A DNA stretch of 64,000 nucleotides from Candidatus Helarchaeota archaeon (GCA_019058315.1 JAHPZH010000009.1:64001-128000), one strand, 5' to 3'; positions 31,609-41,003 are shown, counted from the first letter of the stretch. Made by a program: numbers and translations. The notes: generated from the sequence alone by a model not told the origin.

Positions 31609-31680
31609 AATATTAATTTTAGCATAAGTTCTTAAAATTGTTTTGAAATTTATTTATTATCTCTAATTGGAGTTGAAGAA

Positions 31681-31959
31681 ATGCCTGAACCACGTTATAG
31701 ATCTAGATCAAAACGAAGAAAAAAAGTGGTAACCCCAAGTGGTGAAAATAAGATACATTACATTGCTAGAACACCAAGTTTTGCAGTCTGTGCTCTATGT
31801 CATGGAAAATTGAAAGGTGTCCCTCGAGCAAGCAAAGTAGTGGGCAAAAAATTGAACAAAGTTCAAAAAAGACCGGATAGAATGTATGGAGGTTATCTCT
31901 GTCCACAATGTTTAAAAGAAGAATTGAAAAAGAATGCTCGGAAAGAAGCAAAAATTTAA
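31681..31959 (+). CDS. rpl34e: 50S ribosomal protein eL34
   Basis: TPSG, CALC, RMYGGYLCPQC. Confidence 0.96.
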   Translation: MPEPRYRSRSKRRKKVVTPSGENKIHYIARTPSFAVCALCHGKLKGVPRASKVVGKKLNKVQKRPDRMYGGYLCPQCLKEELKKNARKEAKI

Positions 31960-31975
31960 AATCACTTATTGATTT

Positions 31976-32533
31976 TTGGATGTTCTAGATTTGGGGGTGG
32001 TAATTGCTATAGCCGGTCCGCACGGAAGCGGAAAATCAACTTATGCAAAAATGATTTCAGAAGAATTTAATTTTAGGCATATTACAATAGGTTTAATATT
32101 TAGAGAAATGGCGAAGGAAAAAAAATTATCTTTAGAGGAATTCAGTGCTTATGTCGAAAAACATCCCGAAATTGACAGAGAAATGGATGACAGAATTATT
32201 ATAGAAGCAAAAAAGGGTGATGACGTTATTATTGATAGCCAATTATCTGCTTGGATGACGAAAGATCTTTCAAAAATTAAAATTTATTTTACTGCACCAA
32301 AATCCGTAAGAATTATAAGAATCGCAGCACGGGAAAATGTTTCTTATGAAAAAGCTGAAAAAGAAACTATAACACGTGAAAAGAGCGAGAAAAAGCGTTA
32401 TAAAGAATTGTATAATATCGATATTTCAAATTTATCAATTTATGATTTTATTATTAATACTGATATTTGGTCAATAGAATCCACTTTCCAAATTTTAAAG
32501 GTAGCTATAAAGGAATATATCGAAAATCAATAG
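31976..32533 (+). CDS. cmk: Cytidylate kinase (archaeal type)
   Basis: GPHGSGKST, FREMA, RYKELYNID; position between eL34 and eL14. Confidence 0.93.
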   Translation: MDVLDLGVVIAIAGPHGSGKSTYAKMISEEFNFRHITIGLIFREMAKEKKLSLEEFSAYVEKHPEIDREMDDRIIIEAKKGDDVIIDSQLSAWMTKDLSKIKIYFTAPKSVRIIRIAARENVSYEKAEKETITREKSEKKRYKELYNIDISNLSIYDFIINTDIWSIESTFQILKVAIKEYIENQ

Positions 32534-32558
32534 TCAATATTAAGGAGGTTATGTTAAA

Positions 32559-32837
32559 ATGTCTTTATTTGGAGTAGGAAGAATTTGCGTTAAATTAGCC
32601 GGTCGAGAAGCTGGTCGAAAATGTGTAATTGTTGATGTAATTGATAAAAATTTTGTGCTAATCACAGGACCCAAATCCGTTTCTAATGTTAAACGTAGAA
32701 GGGCGAATGTGAAACAATTAGAACCTTTGGAAATGATCGAAATCTCTAAAAAAATTTCTGATGAAGATCTTGAAAAAGAATTAAAAAAACATAAAAAAAT
32801 CGATTTTATGAAAAAAATAGTAAAAATTTCGGTCTAA
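32559..32837 (+). CDS. rpl14e: 50S ribosomal protein eL14
   Basis: [24 protein letters not shown]. Confidence 0.96.
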   Translation: MSLFGVGRICVKLAGREAGRKCVIVDVIDKNFVLITGPKSVSNVKRRRANVKQLEPLEMIEISKKISDEDLEKELKKHKKIDFMKKIVKISV

Positions 32838-32872
32838 AACTATATTCTTATTTTATTTCTTTGCTGATTTTT

Positions 32873-33889
32873 ATGGTTGGACCAGATTGGGGAACTAAAG
32901 CAAGTAATGGGTTCTTAATAAAATCAAAAGAACCTTCTACTAATTTAGAATTTGGAAGTTATCCAGAGAAAAGAGAAATCAATGAGTATATAAAAAAAGG
33001 ATTTATAGTTTTAGATAAACCATCTGGTCCCAGCTCCCATGAGGTAGCAGCTTGGGTTAAAAAAATTTTAAATCTAAATAAAACAGGCCATTGTGGAACA
33101 TTAGATCCTAAAGTTACTGGAATTCTACCAATGGCACTAGAAGACAGTACAAAAATTATTCAAGCATTTTTACAATCGAATAAAGAATATATTTGTATAA
33201 TGAAAATTCATAAAACAATAGCCCCTGATAGAATTAAAAATGTATGTAAGGAATTTTTAGGTCCAATTTACCAAAGACCTCCGCTTCGTTCTTCCGTTAA
33301 AAGAAATCTGCGTATAAGGCATATTTATTATTTTGATGTTTTAGAAATTGAAGATTCAAAAGTCTTATTTCGTATAGGTTGTGAATCTGGGACTTATATC
33401 CGAAAAATTTGTTTCGATATAGGGGAAATTTTAGGTGTTGGTGCGCATATGCAAGAACTCAGAAGAACTCGCCATGGAAATCTGAAAGAGGATGAAAATT
33501 TAATTACATTACACGATTTAACGGATGCTTATCAATTTTGGAAGGAAGATAAGGATGAATCTTATCTAAGAAATATCATTTTACCTATGGAAAAGGTGAT
33601 TGATTTTTTACCTAAAATTATAATAAGAGATTCAGCAATTGATGCAATTTGCCATGGGGCTAACCTAGCAGCACCTGGAATTGTAAAATTAAATCCTTCA
33701 ATAAAACCAAATAGTTTAGTCGGGATTTTTTCTCTAAAAAATGAATTAATCGCTTTAGGAATAGCAAAAAAGACGAGTAAACAAATATTAGAAACTGATC
33801 ATGGAATTGTATGTAAAACTGAAAGAGTCATTATGGAACCTGGAATATATCCTGCTTGGTATGAATATAAAAAATACAAATCAGAATAA
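32873..33889 (+). CDS. cbf5: H/ACA RNA-guided pseudouridine synthase Cbf5 (TruB family, PUA domain)
   Basis: DKPSGPSSHEV, GHCGTLDPKVTG, YQRPPLRSSV, CESGTYIR. Confidence 0.96.
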   Translation: MVGPDWGTKASNGFLIKSKEPSTNLEFGSYPEKREINEYIKKGFIVLDKPSGPSSHEVAAWVKKILNLNKTGHCGTLDPKVTGILPMALEDSTKIIQAFLQSNKEYICIMKIHKTIAPDRIKNVCKEFLGPIYQRPPLRSSVKRNLRIRHIYYFDVLEIEDSKVLFRIGCESGTYIRKICFDIGEILGVGAHMQELRRTRHGNLKEDENLITLHDLTDAYQFWKEDKDESYLRNIILPMEKVIDFLPKIIIRDSAIDAICHGANLAAPGIVKLNPSIKPNSLVGIFSLKNELIALGIAKKTSKQILETDHGIVCKTERVIMEPGIYPAWYEYKKYKSE

Positions 33890-33906
33890 TTTTTTGAGAG
33901 CTAATA

Positions 33907-34491
33907 ATGAATGAGCATTATTTTTCAGAATCTCCAACTTCAAAAATTAATTTATTTACTATTAAAACTAATTTACGAAACCAAAATTTTCAATTCTTAA
34001 CAGCAACTGGAATGTTTTCTCCTAAAAATATTGACAAAGGAACTCGGCTATTAATCGAAACAATGGAACTTCCAATAGAAGGTAATATTTTAGATTTAGG
34101 GACGGGATACGGGGTTATTGGTATAGTCACAGCTTGTATTGCACCAAATTGCTATGTTTATATGATTGATCGTAATGAAAGGGCTGTTTGGTTAGCAAAA
34201 GAAAATATTAAAAAAAATGCGATCAATAACGCTGAAGCTAGAATTGGAGGATTAGAAGCTGTTAAAAATATAAAATTCAAATTAATATTAAGTAATCCAC
34301 CTCTTTCAATGGGATATGAAAAACTTAATTCCCTTTTTTCATCAATCCCGGATTATTTCGACCAAGATTGTGTGTTTCAAATTGTTTTGCGAAAGACTCA
34401 TCAGAAAATTATTAGTATGATGGAAAATATTTTTACTAATATTGAGATATTGAAAAAAAAGAGCGGCTATATAATTTTAAAATGTTATTAA
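33907..34491 (+). CDS. Class I SAM-dependent methyltransferase (RsmC/MTS-like)
   Basis: EHYFS, FSPKNIDKGT, LDLGTGYG, SNPP. Confidence 0.9.
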   Translation: MNEHYFSESPTSKINLFTIKTNLRNQNFQFLTATGMFSPKNIDKGTRLLIETMELPIEGNILDLGTGYGVIGIVTACIAPNCYVYMIDRNERAVWLAKENIKKNAINNAEARIGGLEAVKNIKFKLILSNPPLSMGYEKLNSLFSSIPDYFDQDCVFQIVLRKTHQKIISMMENIFTNIEILKKKSGYIILKCY

Positions 34492-34508
34492 AAATCAAAA
34501 ACACCTAA

Positions 34509-34610
34509 GCTGGGATAGCCAAGTGGTACGGCGCAGGCCTGGAGCTTCCTTTTAAAAGAAAGCCTGTGATTCTTTGAATCGCGAGGGTTCAAATCCCTCT
34601 CCCAGCGCCA
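34509..34610 (+). tRNA. tRNA-Ser(GGA) with encoded CCA and a 16-nt intron at about position 37/38 (34545-34560)
   Basis: Acceptor GCTGGGA/TCCCAGC + G + CCA; D arm GCC..GGC; anticodon stem CAGGC/GCCTG with CT-GGA-G; variable arm GATTC/GAATC; T arm GAGGG-TTCAAAT-CCCTC. Confidence 0.93.
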
Positions 34611-34684
34611 TTGTTATATATAATAAATTTACTTTTAAATAAGAAGATATAAATAAAAAACTATTAATTTAAAGCGTGTTATTT

Positions 34685-34798
34685 TTAACCTACTAGTTCT
34701 ATTTCTATAAAAACATCCTCTGGGACTCTTATCCTCATTATCTGTCTCATTGTCCTCTCATCGGCATCGATATCTATTAAACGTTTATGTAGACGCAT
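34685..34798 (-). repeat. Tandem copy of the last 37 codons plus stop of rps10; intact mini-ORF with identical peptide
   Basis: Direct repeat of 34810-34923 at 125-bp offset; 14 mismatches in 114 nt, all synonymous. Confidence 0.95.
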
Positions 34799-34809
34799 TT
34801 CCGATAATT

Positions 34810-35121
34810 TTAACCAACCAGTTCTATTTCTATAAAAACATCCTCTGGAACTCTAATCCGCATAATTTGCCTCATTGTCCTTTCGTCAGCATCAATGTCT
34901 ATTAAGCGTTTATGTAGACGCATCTCCCAGTGCTCCCACGTGGGGGTTCCCTCACCGCAGGGCGATTTTCTTACGGGAATGATTAATCTACGAGTTGGCA
35001 AAGGTACAGGACCCGCCATTTTAACTCCAGTTCGTGTTACAATCTCGGTTACTTGACTACACATCTCAAGCAATTTTGTAGAACTTGTTGAACTGAGACG
35101 TATTCGTGCTCTTTGTACCAT
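34810..35121 (-). CDS. rps10: 30S ribosomal protein uS10
   Basis: [25 protein letters not shown]. Confidence 0.98.
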   Translation of the reverse strand: MVQRARIRLSSTSSTKLLEMCSQVTEIVTRTGVKMAGPVPLPTRRLIIPVRKSPCGEGTPTWEHWEMRLHKRLIDIDADERTMRQIMRIRVPEDVFIEIELVG

Positions 35122-35188
35122 TTCTAATTATCACTAATATATTATTTTTTAATTTAAAAATAAAATTAAAAAGAAAAACTTTTTGTTT

Positions 35189-36508
35189 CTATTTCTTTTT
35201 CTCTTTCACTTTCTTTTTAAGGTCCATTACGACGCCCACAGCTATCGTTCTTCCCATATCACGGACTGCAAAGCGTCCAAGTTGTGGGAAATCGCTGAAT
35301 TTCTCAATGCACATTGGTTTCTTCGGTTTAAATTTAACCATGCCACCTTCATTCATTTTCAAGAAATCAGGTTTTTCTTGAAGTACTTGACCTGTTCGTG
35401 GATCTGTCTTTGTCATAATCTCTTCAAAAACACATGCAACTTGTGCAGTGTGAGCATGTACTACTGGTGCGTATCCTTGAGGAAGCACGGTCGGATGATA
35501 GATAACTACAATTTGACCTGTAAATTCGTCGGCTACAGTAGGCGGGGTTTTATTTGCATGTCCTAAAACCATACCTCTTCGTAAATCTTTAACTGGTATA
35601 CCTCGAATGTTAAAGCCAATATTGTCTCCTGGGATGGCTTGTTTGATTTGTTCATGATGCATCTCTATCGAACGAACTTCTGTGGTTATTTCTGGTGGCA
35701 TTATTATTATTTTGTCTGCGATTTTTAATACTCCTGTTTCAACTCTTCCTACGGGAACAGTACCTACTCCACTAATTTTGTAAACATCTTGAATAGGTAT
35801 TCTAAGGTCTTTATCAGTAGGTTTTGGTGGAACTTTTAAATTATCTAATGCATCTACAAGAGTAGGTCCTTTATACCATGGCATTTTATCGCTTTTTTTA
35901 GCTAAATTATCACCAGTCCAAGCACTCGTTGGAATAAATTCAACATCTTCTTTCTTGAACCTAATTTCTTCAAAAAGTAACCTCGAAATCTCGTTTTTGA
36001 CTTCATTAAATCGGTCTTCTTTCCAATCGACTGTAGCATCGTCCATTTTATTAACTGCTACTCTTACTTGTCCTACTCCTAAAGTTCGAGCTAAATATGC
36101 ATGTTCTATTGTTTGACCACCAGCTGAAATCCCTGCTTCGAATTCACCTTTTTTAGCGCTTACTACCAGAATTGCTGCATCAGCTTGAGAACTTCCAGTA
36201 ATCATGTTCTTAACAAAATCCCTGTGTCCAGGTGCGTCTATTAGAGTAAAATAATAGTTCTTAGTTTCAAATTTTCGGAACGCAAGATCGATGGTAATTC
36301 CACGTTCGCGTTCCTCCTTTAACCTATCAAATACAAAAGCATATTTCCATGAGGCTCTTTCTAGTTTTTTTGATTCATCTTCCAATTGACGCATTTCTCT
36401 GTCTGTAATTGCACCTGTCAGGATTAACAAGTGACCCATCATAGTGGATTTTCCGTGGTCGATATGACCTATTATGACCAGATTCATGTGCGTTTTTTTC
36501 TCGCTCAT
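35189..36508 (-). CDS. tuf: Translation elongation factor EF-1alpha
   Basis: GHIDHGKST, ERERGITID, DAPGHRDF, NKMD, LGRFAVRDM. Confidence 0.99.
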   Translation of the reverse strand: MSEKKTHMNLVIIGHIDHGKSTMMGHLLILTGAITDREMRQLEDESKKLERASWKYAFVFDRLKEERERGITIDLAFRKFETKNYYFTLIDAPGHRDFVKNMITGSSQADAAILVVSAKKGEFEAGISAGGQTIEHAYLARTLGVGQVRVAVNKMDDATVDWKEDRFNEVKNEISRLLFEEIRFKKEDVEFIPTSAWTGDNLAKKSDKMPWYKGPTLVDALDNLKVPPKPTDKDLRIPIQDVYKISGVGTVPVGRVETGVLKIADKIIIMPPEITTEVRSIEMHHEQIKQAIPGDNIGFNIRGIPVKDLRRGMVLGHANKTPPTVADEFTGQIVVIYHPTVLPQGYAPVVHAHTAQVACVFEEIMTKTDPRTGQVLQEKPDFLKMNEGGMVKFKPKKPMCIEKFSDFPQLGRFAVRDMGRTIAVGVVMDLKKKVKEKKK

Positions 36509-36709
36509 TTATTCACCTCGCGCAATAGCGCTTATTTTTTTAGCTAACATATATTGCTAGTATACTTTATTAATATAACTAGCATTTAAGAATTTTACAT
36601 TATTCGTGAGGGTAAAAAATATTTTACAATATTTAAGTTTTCTGGATATTATAACAATGGAAATTTAAAATGATTAAATAATCAGCAAAAATTGACCTTA
36701 ATGAGATGA

Positions 36710-37321
36710 TTATCGGGCAGATTGAGCTAATCTTTCGCGTTCTTCTTTCCTTTTTATTGCATGACTTTTAGTATCTCCGTTTGCGGTAAGTATTAGTTCT
36801 TCAGCAATAATTTCTTCTATTGTCAAGGGATTATTGAAACTTTTTCTGAAGCAACTTTCAACAAGATATTTCAATGCAAGATCTACTCTCCTCTGTGGAG
36901 CTATATCTACTGCTTGTTGATAAACTATTCCTCCATAACTTAGCCGCGTTGTTTCTTCACGCGGTGCTGCGTTTTCAATTGCTCTGACTAAGATTTCTAA
37001 TGGATTTCGAGATGTTCGAAGATGCATAATTTCAAATGAACTTTTAATGATGTTAATTGTCTTAATTTTCTTTCCTGAAAGTGAAGCGGGTTGTCTGCCA
37101 CCAATTTTTCTCTTGGAGAGTCCAGGGGTCATTAATCGATTGACAAACCGTTCTACGATATTAAGGTTAGATTTTCTAAATTTCTTATGTTCATGGCGAC
37201 CATGGCTATGACAAGTAAGTGTAGGTTTTAAATTAATATATCTTTCTAAACTTATATCTTTGATTTTTACGTCTTTAACATCCCATTTATCAAAGAATTT
37301 TATATCTTCCATTTTGTACAC
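36710..37321 (-). CDS. rps7: 30S ribosomal protein uS7
   Basis: IVERFVN, AIENAAPREE, AVDIAPQRRVD, ERERLAQSAR. Confidence 0.97.
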   Translation of the reverse strand: MYKMEDIKFFDKWDVKDVKIKDISLERYINLKPTLTCHSHGRHEHKKFRKSNLNIVERFVNRLMTPGLSKRKIGGRQPASLSGKKIKTINIIKSSFEIMHLRTSRNPLEILVRAIENAAPREETTRLSYGGIVYQQAVDIAPQRRVDLALKYLVESCFRKSFNNPLTIEEIIAEELILTANGDTKSHAIKRKEERERLAQSAR

Positions 37322-37563
37322 TAATATCCTAATTTTAAATTCGCTTACTAATTGTGATAGATGAAAACTAAATATAATTTTAATTGATAAATAAGCCCTT
37401 ACTTTTTAAATTTGACTCCTAAATGAAGATTTTGAAAAAATTTTATTTTAAGCAGTATTATCAGATATACAATTGGGGTATTATTCTTGTAAGATGGAGA
37501 TATTAATAAGTAATATAATCAATTCACGTAGTTATTTTATTTAAAACCATGGAGTAAAACAAA

Positions 37564-37962
37564 ATGTCAAGTGAATTGATAGTTCCTAAATCAAAGTTAT
37601 TTAATAGGGTTTTATCTAAAATTATGGGCAATATTAAGAAAGGTAGTGTTATGCTATTAGATACTAATGGCTTCCGGATTGCTGAGATGAATAGTGATCG
37701 AACATATACAGACCAGTTTTGGGGATCAGCAAATAGAATTATAGATGCTGGAGAAAAAGTCTTAAAAGAATTAGGGCAAAGTAAGTTTAATCAAGTTTTT
37801 GAATCGGAATCATATTATCTAATGTGTGGTCCAGTTAACCAAGACATAAGTTACGCTATTTTATCAACTAAGGAAAAAATGTCCCTTGGAATGCTAAAGC
37901 TTCATGCACAATCACTTTGTAAAGACGTTCAAGACTTAGAACATGCTAAAGGATTTCTATAA
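37564..37962 (+). CDS. Roadblock/LC7-like domain protein
   Basis: About 130 aa with VMLLDTNGFRIA strand-turn-strand, central helix and terminal SLGMLKL helix typical of roadblock folds. Confidence 0.7.
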   Translation: MSSELIVPKSKLFNRVLSKIMGNIKKGSVMLLDTNGFRIAEMNSDRTYTDQFWGSANRIIDAGEKVLKELGQSKFNQVFESESYYLMCGPVNQDISYAILSTKEKMSLGMLKLHAQSLCKDVQDLEHAKGFL

Positions 37963-38011
37963 GTCTCTCTAATATTAACCATAATTAATGTAAAGCCAAT
38001 TTAACGTATTT

Positions 38012-38848
38012 TTAATCTGTCATTTGCTTTTTACATTGAGGGCAATAAATAGTTGATGGAGGGGATTGAAAATTACAATTAGAACAAGTTTTCCATGTAG
38101 GATACCAATTGAACAAATTCAAAATTAGTTTTTCATTATCTTTTGCTGGAATTCCTGACTTTTGATCATCAGTTAATAAAGCTTCACTACCTAATGCTGC
38201 TACTTTTCCTTTTCCATATTTAGTTATGCCCAAAACTGGAACACATGGTGGATTTGAAGTGGTATTAGAGAAAATTACGGGTTCTGCATTTAATGTAAGT
38301 GTTAAAGAGGCTGAACGGGGAAAAACCACATTGTATACATTTTTAGTAATAGGATGGTCTAACATAAGATTTAATAAAGGTGCCCAAGACCAAGTATCAG
38401 TGTCGGGATTAGCATGCATCTTCTTATCTTCTACAACATCATGAAAACTCAGACCAAACATGTTAGTTAATGCAAAGTTAAAATCTTTTTCAGTACCAAC
38501 ATACTCATTACCAACTAATAGCAACCCACGTCCTTCTTGTACAAATTGCCCTAAAGTTCGTAACTCGGTTGGTGTAAGAGTTGATGCACCAGTAGAACTC
38601 GCACCCATGACAAAAATATCAAATTCACGGAGAGCGGTATAATTTATCGGACCCTGAGTAAGTTTATTTACTGTAAAATTATTACTAGTTAAAATTAAAA
38701 GAAATCTTGAGCGCAGATCATTAACCCATTTATTTGGTTCCCGAGATTCATCAAATAAAACACGTAATTGTGGTCTTTTTACCTCTGATATCTCTTTTTT
38801 TTCCTCTTTTGCAGCAAAAAGTGGAATTTTTTGCTTATGAAGTACCAA
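38012..38848 (-). CDS. GIFT/DUF4350 (GldG/IFT52-like, class I GATase-like fold) protein with C-terminal zinc ribbon
   Basis: VLFDES, FDIFVMG, ELRTLGQFVQEGRGLLLVG, HPITKNV, YGKGKVAALG, NEKLILNLFNW; CSNC..CPQC. Confidence 0.7.
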   Translation of the reverse strand: MVLHKQKIPLFAAKEEKKEISEVKRPQLRVLFDESREPNKWVNDLRSRFLLILTSNNFTVNKLTQGPINYTALREFDIFVMGASSTGASTLTPTELRTLGQFVQEGRGLLLVGNEYVGTEKDFNFALTNMFGLSFHDVVEDKKMHANPDTDTWSWAPLLNLMLDHPITKNVYNVVFPRSASLTLTLNAEPVIFSNTTSNPPCVPVLGITKYGKGKVAALGSEALLTDDQKSGIPAKDNEKLILNLFNWYPTWKTCSNCNFQSPPSTIYCPQCKKQMTD

Positions 38849-38909
38849 TTTTCAAAAACTCCAAAATAGTCAATCCATTACAAATTTAATAAGTTCCCTT
38901 TAATTAATC

Positions 38910-39926
38910 TTATTTTTCATGAAGTATGGCATATATTTTTAGGGGTTTTGCCATTTCTTTATTGATGATTAAAATTGACTCCTTATTTTGAATTCCAATT
39001 TTATTCAATTTGACATTATCATTCCGTATTATACCTTTTACAATAACCTTCATTGGTTCTTTAATGTCTAAAGTCATAATTAATCTATCTTTTAGGTCTC
39101 TAACTGTATCTCGTGGATCTACAGAAAAATCTACGCCCTTAATCCTATTTTTACCACAAACAATGCAATTTGAATTTTGATTTAACTTCATTAATGTAAA
39201 AGTCTGTGATAATCCATCATAGAACAAAAAATTATCTAACAATTTTCCTACTCCTAGGATTAATTTAACCGTTTCTTGTGCTTGAATTCCTCCTATGATT
39301 GTAGAAATAGTTAAAAGCGAGGGCATTTTAGGTGCTTTTTTAACTTTTTTGGTCTTTTTCCGTTTTTTTCCTGGAGGTGTACACGGTTTCTGTAATCTTT
39401 CTTGCGGTAGGAGTGGTTGACAATCGAGACAAGGAGTTTTAAATGGAATTACTACTTGTACATTTCCAAGCCAACCATACATTCCTCCATGAACGAGTGG
39501 TTTATTCTTATCTACACTTATAGAATTCAACCACCTTCTAGCTTCAAAAGTATCTAAACCATCAACTATTACATCAGACTCTTCATAGATTTTAGGATTA
39601 ACTTCCTGAATTTCTTTATTGAATGCAATAATTTCTACATCTGGATTTAAATCAATCAAATATTTTTGAGCTACTGTAACCTTTGATTTATTAATATCAG
39701 ATTCTTGAAAAAGCATCTGTCTAGATAAATTGGATTTTTCAATAGTATCAAAATCACAAATAATTAATTTACCAATACCCATTAAAACAAGGTCTAATGC
39801 AACAACACATCCAAGAGCACCCATACCTGCAATAAAAACTTTTCCATTTCGGATCTTTTGTTGATCCCACTCTTTTAATAGGATTTGCCGTTCATATCTA
39901 CTTTCTTTTCTTGCTTTTTTTGGCAA
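38910..39926 (-). CDS. Ubiquitin-activating E1-like enzyme (ThiF domain + C-terminal ubiquitin-like fold)
   Basis: RYERQ, GMGALG, DFDTIEKSNLSRQMLF, PCLDC, candidate catalytic PCT, CIVC. Confidence 0.93.
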   Translation of the reverse strand: MPKKARKESRYERQILLKEWDQQKIRNGKVFIAGMGALGCVVALDLVLMGIGKLIICDFDTIEKSNLSRQMLFQESDINKSKVTVAQKYLIDLNPDVEIIAFNKEIQEVNPKIYEESDVIVDGLDTFEARRWLNSISVDKNKPLVHGGMYGWLGNVQVVIPFKTPCLDCQPLLPQERLQKPCTPPGKKRKKTKKVKKAPKMPSLLTISTIIGGIQAQETVKLILGVGKLLDNFLFYDGLSQTFTLMKLNQNSNCIVCGKNRIKGVDFSVDPRDTVRDLKDRLIMTLDIKEPMKVIVKGIIRNDNVKLNKIGIQNKESILIINKEMAKPLKIYAILHEK

Positions 39927-40107
39927 ATGTTCAACCCCTAAAGAAGAAAACTTATATTTTATGTTAAAAATCTAAATGTTGAAAATATATTTAACTTATT
40001 TATTCTAAGAGTTTAATGCTTAAAATAATCAGATTTTTTATAATAAATCAATGGCAAAACAAATTATGGAAGAATTTTCAAATTTAAATCCTATCTAAAT
40101 AAAAACC

Positions 40108-40578
40108 TTGGTGCAATCAATGCTCAGTGAAGAAGACTTCTATTCAAGGTTAGCAATAGAAGCAAAGATGATGGAAGAAGAAGAACCATCATTCAAACCA
40201 GTTGAAGGAGATTTAAAACGTTGGAAAGGTTTTATTTTAGGGACTAAAATATATGAAGGAGGAGTATTTGAAATAGAATTAATAGTTACTCGTAAATTTC
40301 CTTATATCCCTCCAAAGATTAGATGGTTAACTCCTGTCTGGCACCCAAATATAAGGGGAGAAAAGGTATGTGTAGGGATTTTGGGTAAAGATTGGAGTCC
40401 AACTATGAGTCTTACAGGAGTAGTAGAAGCACTAAGAAATCTGCTAAATTTTCCAAATCCGAATGATCCATTGAACAGAACAGCATCCCAGCAAATGAAA
40501 AGGCAGCCAAAGAAATTTGAACGCATAGTAAAGGAATATATCGAGAAAGAAGCGACGTGGGATCGAATTAAACAATAA
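40108..40578 (+). CDS. Ubiquitin-conjugating enzyme E2
   Basis: YEGGVF, FPYIPP, WHPNI...VCVGIL..DWSP, PNPNDPLN. Confidence 0.96.
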   Translation: MVQSMLSEEDFYSRLAIEAKMMEEEEPSFKPVEGDLKRWKGFILGTKIYEGGVFEIELIVTRKFPYIPPKIRWLTPVWHPNIRGEKVCVGILGKDWSPTMSLTGVVEALRNLLNFPNPNDPLNRTASQQMKRQPKKFERIVKEYIEKEATWDRIKQ

Positions 40579-40621
40579 TTTTTAAAAATTTTATTAAATT
40601 AAGAAAAAAATTGATATTTAA

Positions 40622-40858
40622 TTATCCGCCTTCAGTTCTAGTGATTAAATAAAGTTTATCTAATTCACCAGCACCAATTTCTTTTAAAGTTTGATTTTCA
40701 TTTCTAATTTCACTACCACGAAATGCAAGGACAAAAATATTCGAGGGAATTCTTTTTCTTCGAGAAATTTCATTTTTAATTTGTTGGATTGATGTGTCAG
40801 GATTTAGATTCAGTTCTGTAACATCTCCTCCAATAGCAGAAACGACTTTAACTAACAT
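40622..40858 (-). CDS. Ubiquitin-like protein ending in GG
   Basis: Aligns to ubiquitin (DTSIQQIK..I....IP, LAFRG, QTL, LYLITRTEGG-stop); ATG 40858 follows GGGTGAG. Confidence 0.92.
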   Translation of the reverse strand: MLVKVVSAIGGDVTELNLNPDTSIQQIKNEISRRKRIPSNIFVLAFRGSEIRNENQTLKEIGAGELDKLYLITRTEGG

Positions 40859-41003
40859 ATATCTCACCCATTATGATTTTTTTAAATATTTTTTCAAATT
40901 TTATTATCATTTTCAAATTTTATACTTTTATTCAGTTTATTATATGAAAAAATAAAATAAATGGTTTTTGTAGTCGGCAACTAATTTAGATCATTTAAAC
41001 ACA

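Noticed and set aside
32873-33889. Possible cbf5 intron as in some Crenarchaeota
   Set aside because: The reading frame is continuous through the PSSHEV region.
34685-34923. DGR template/variable repeat pair or CRISPR repeat
   Set aside because: Mismatches are not adenine-specific, all are synonymous, there are only two copies, and no reverse transcriptase or cas gene is present.
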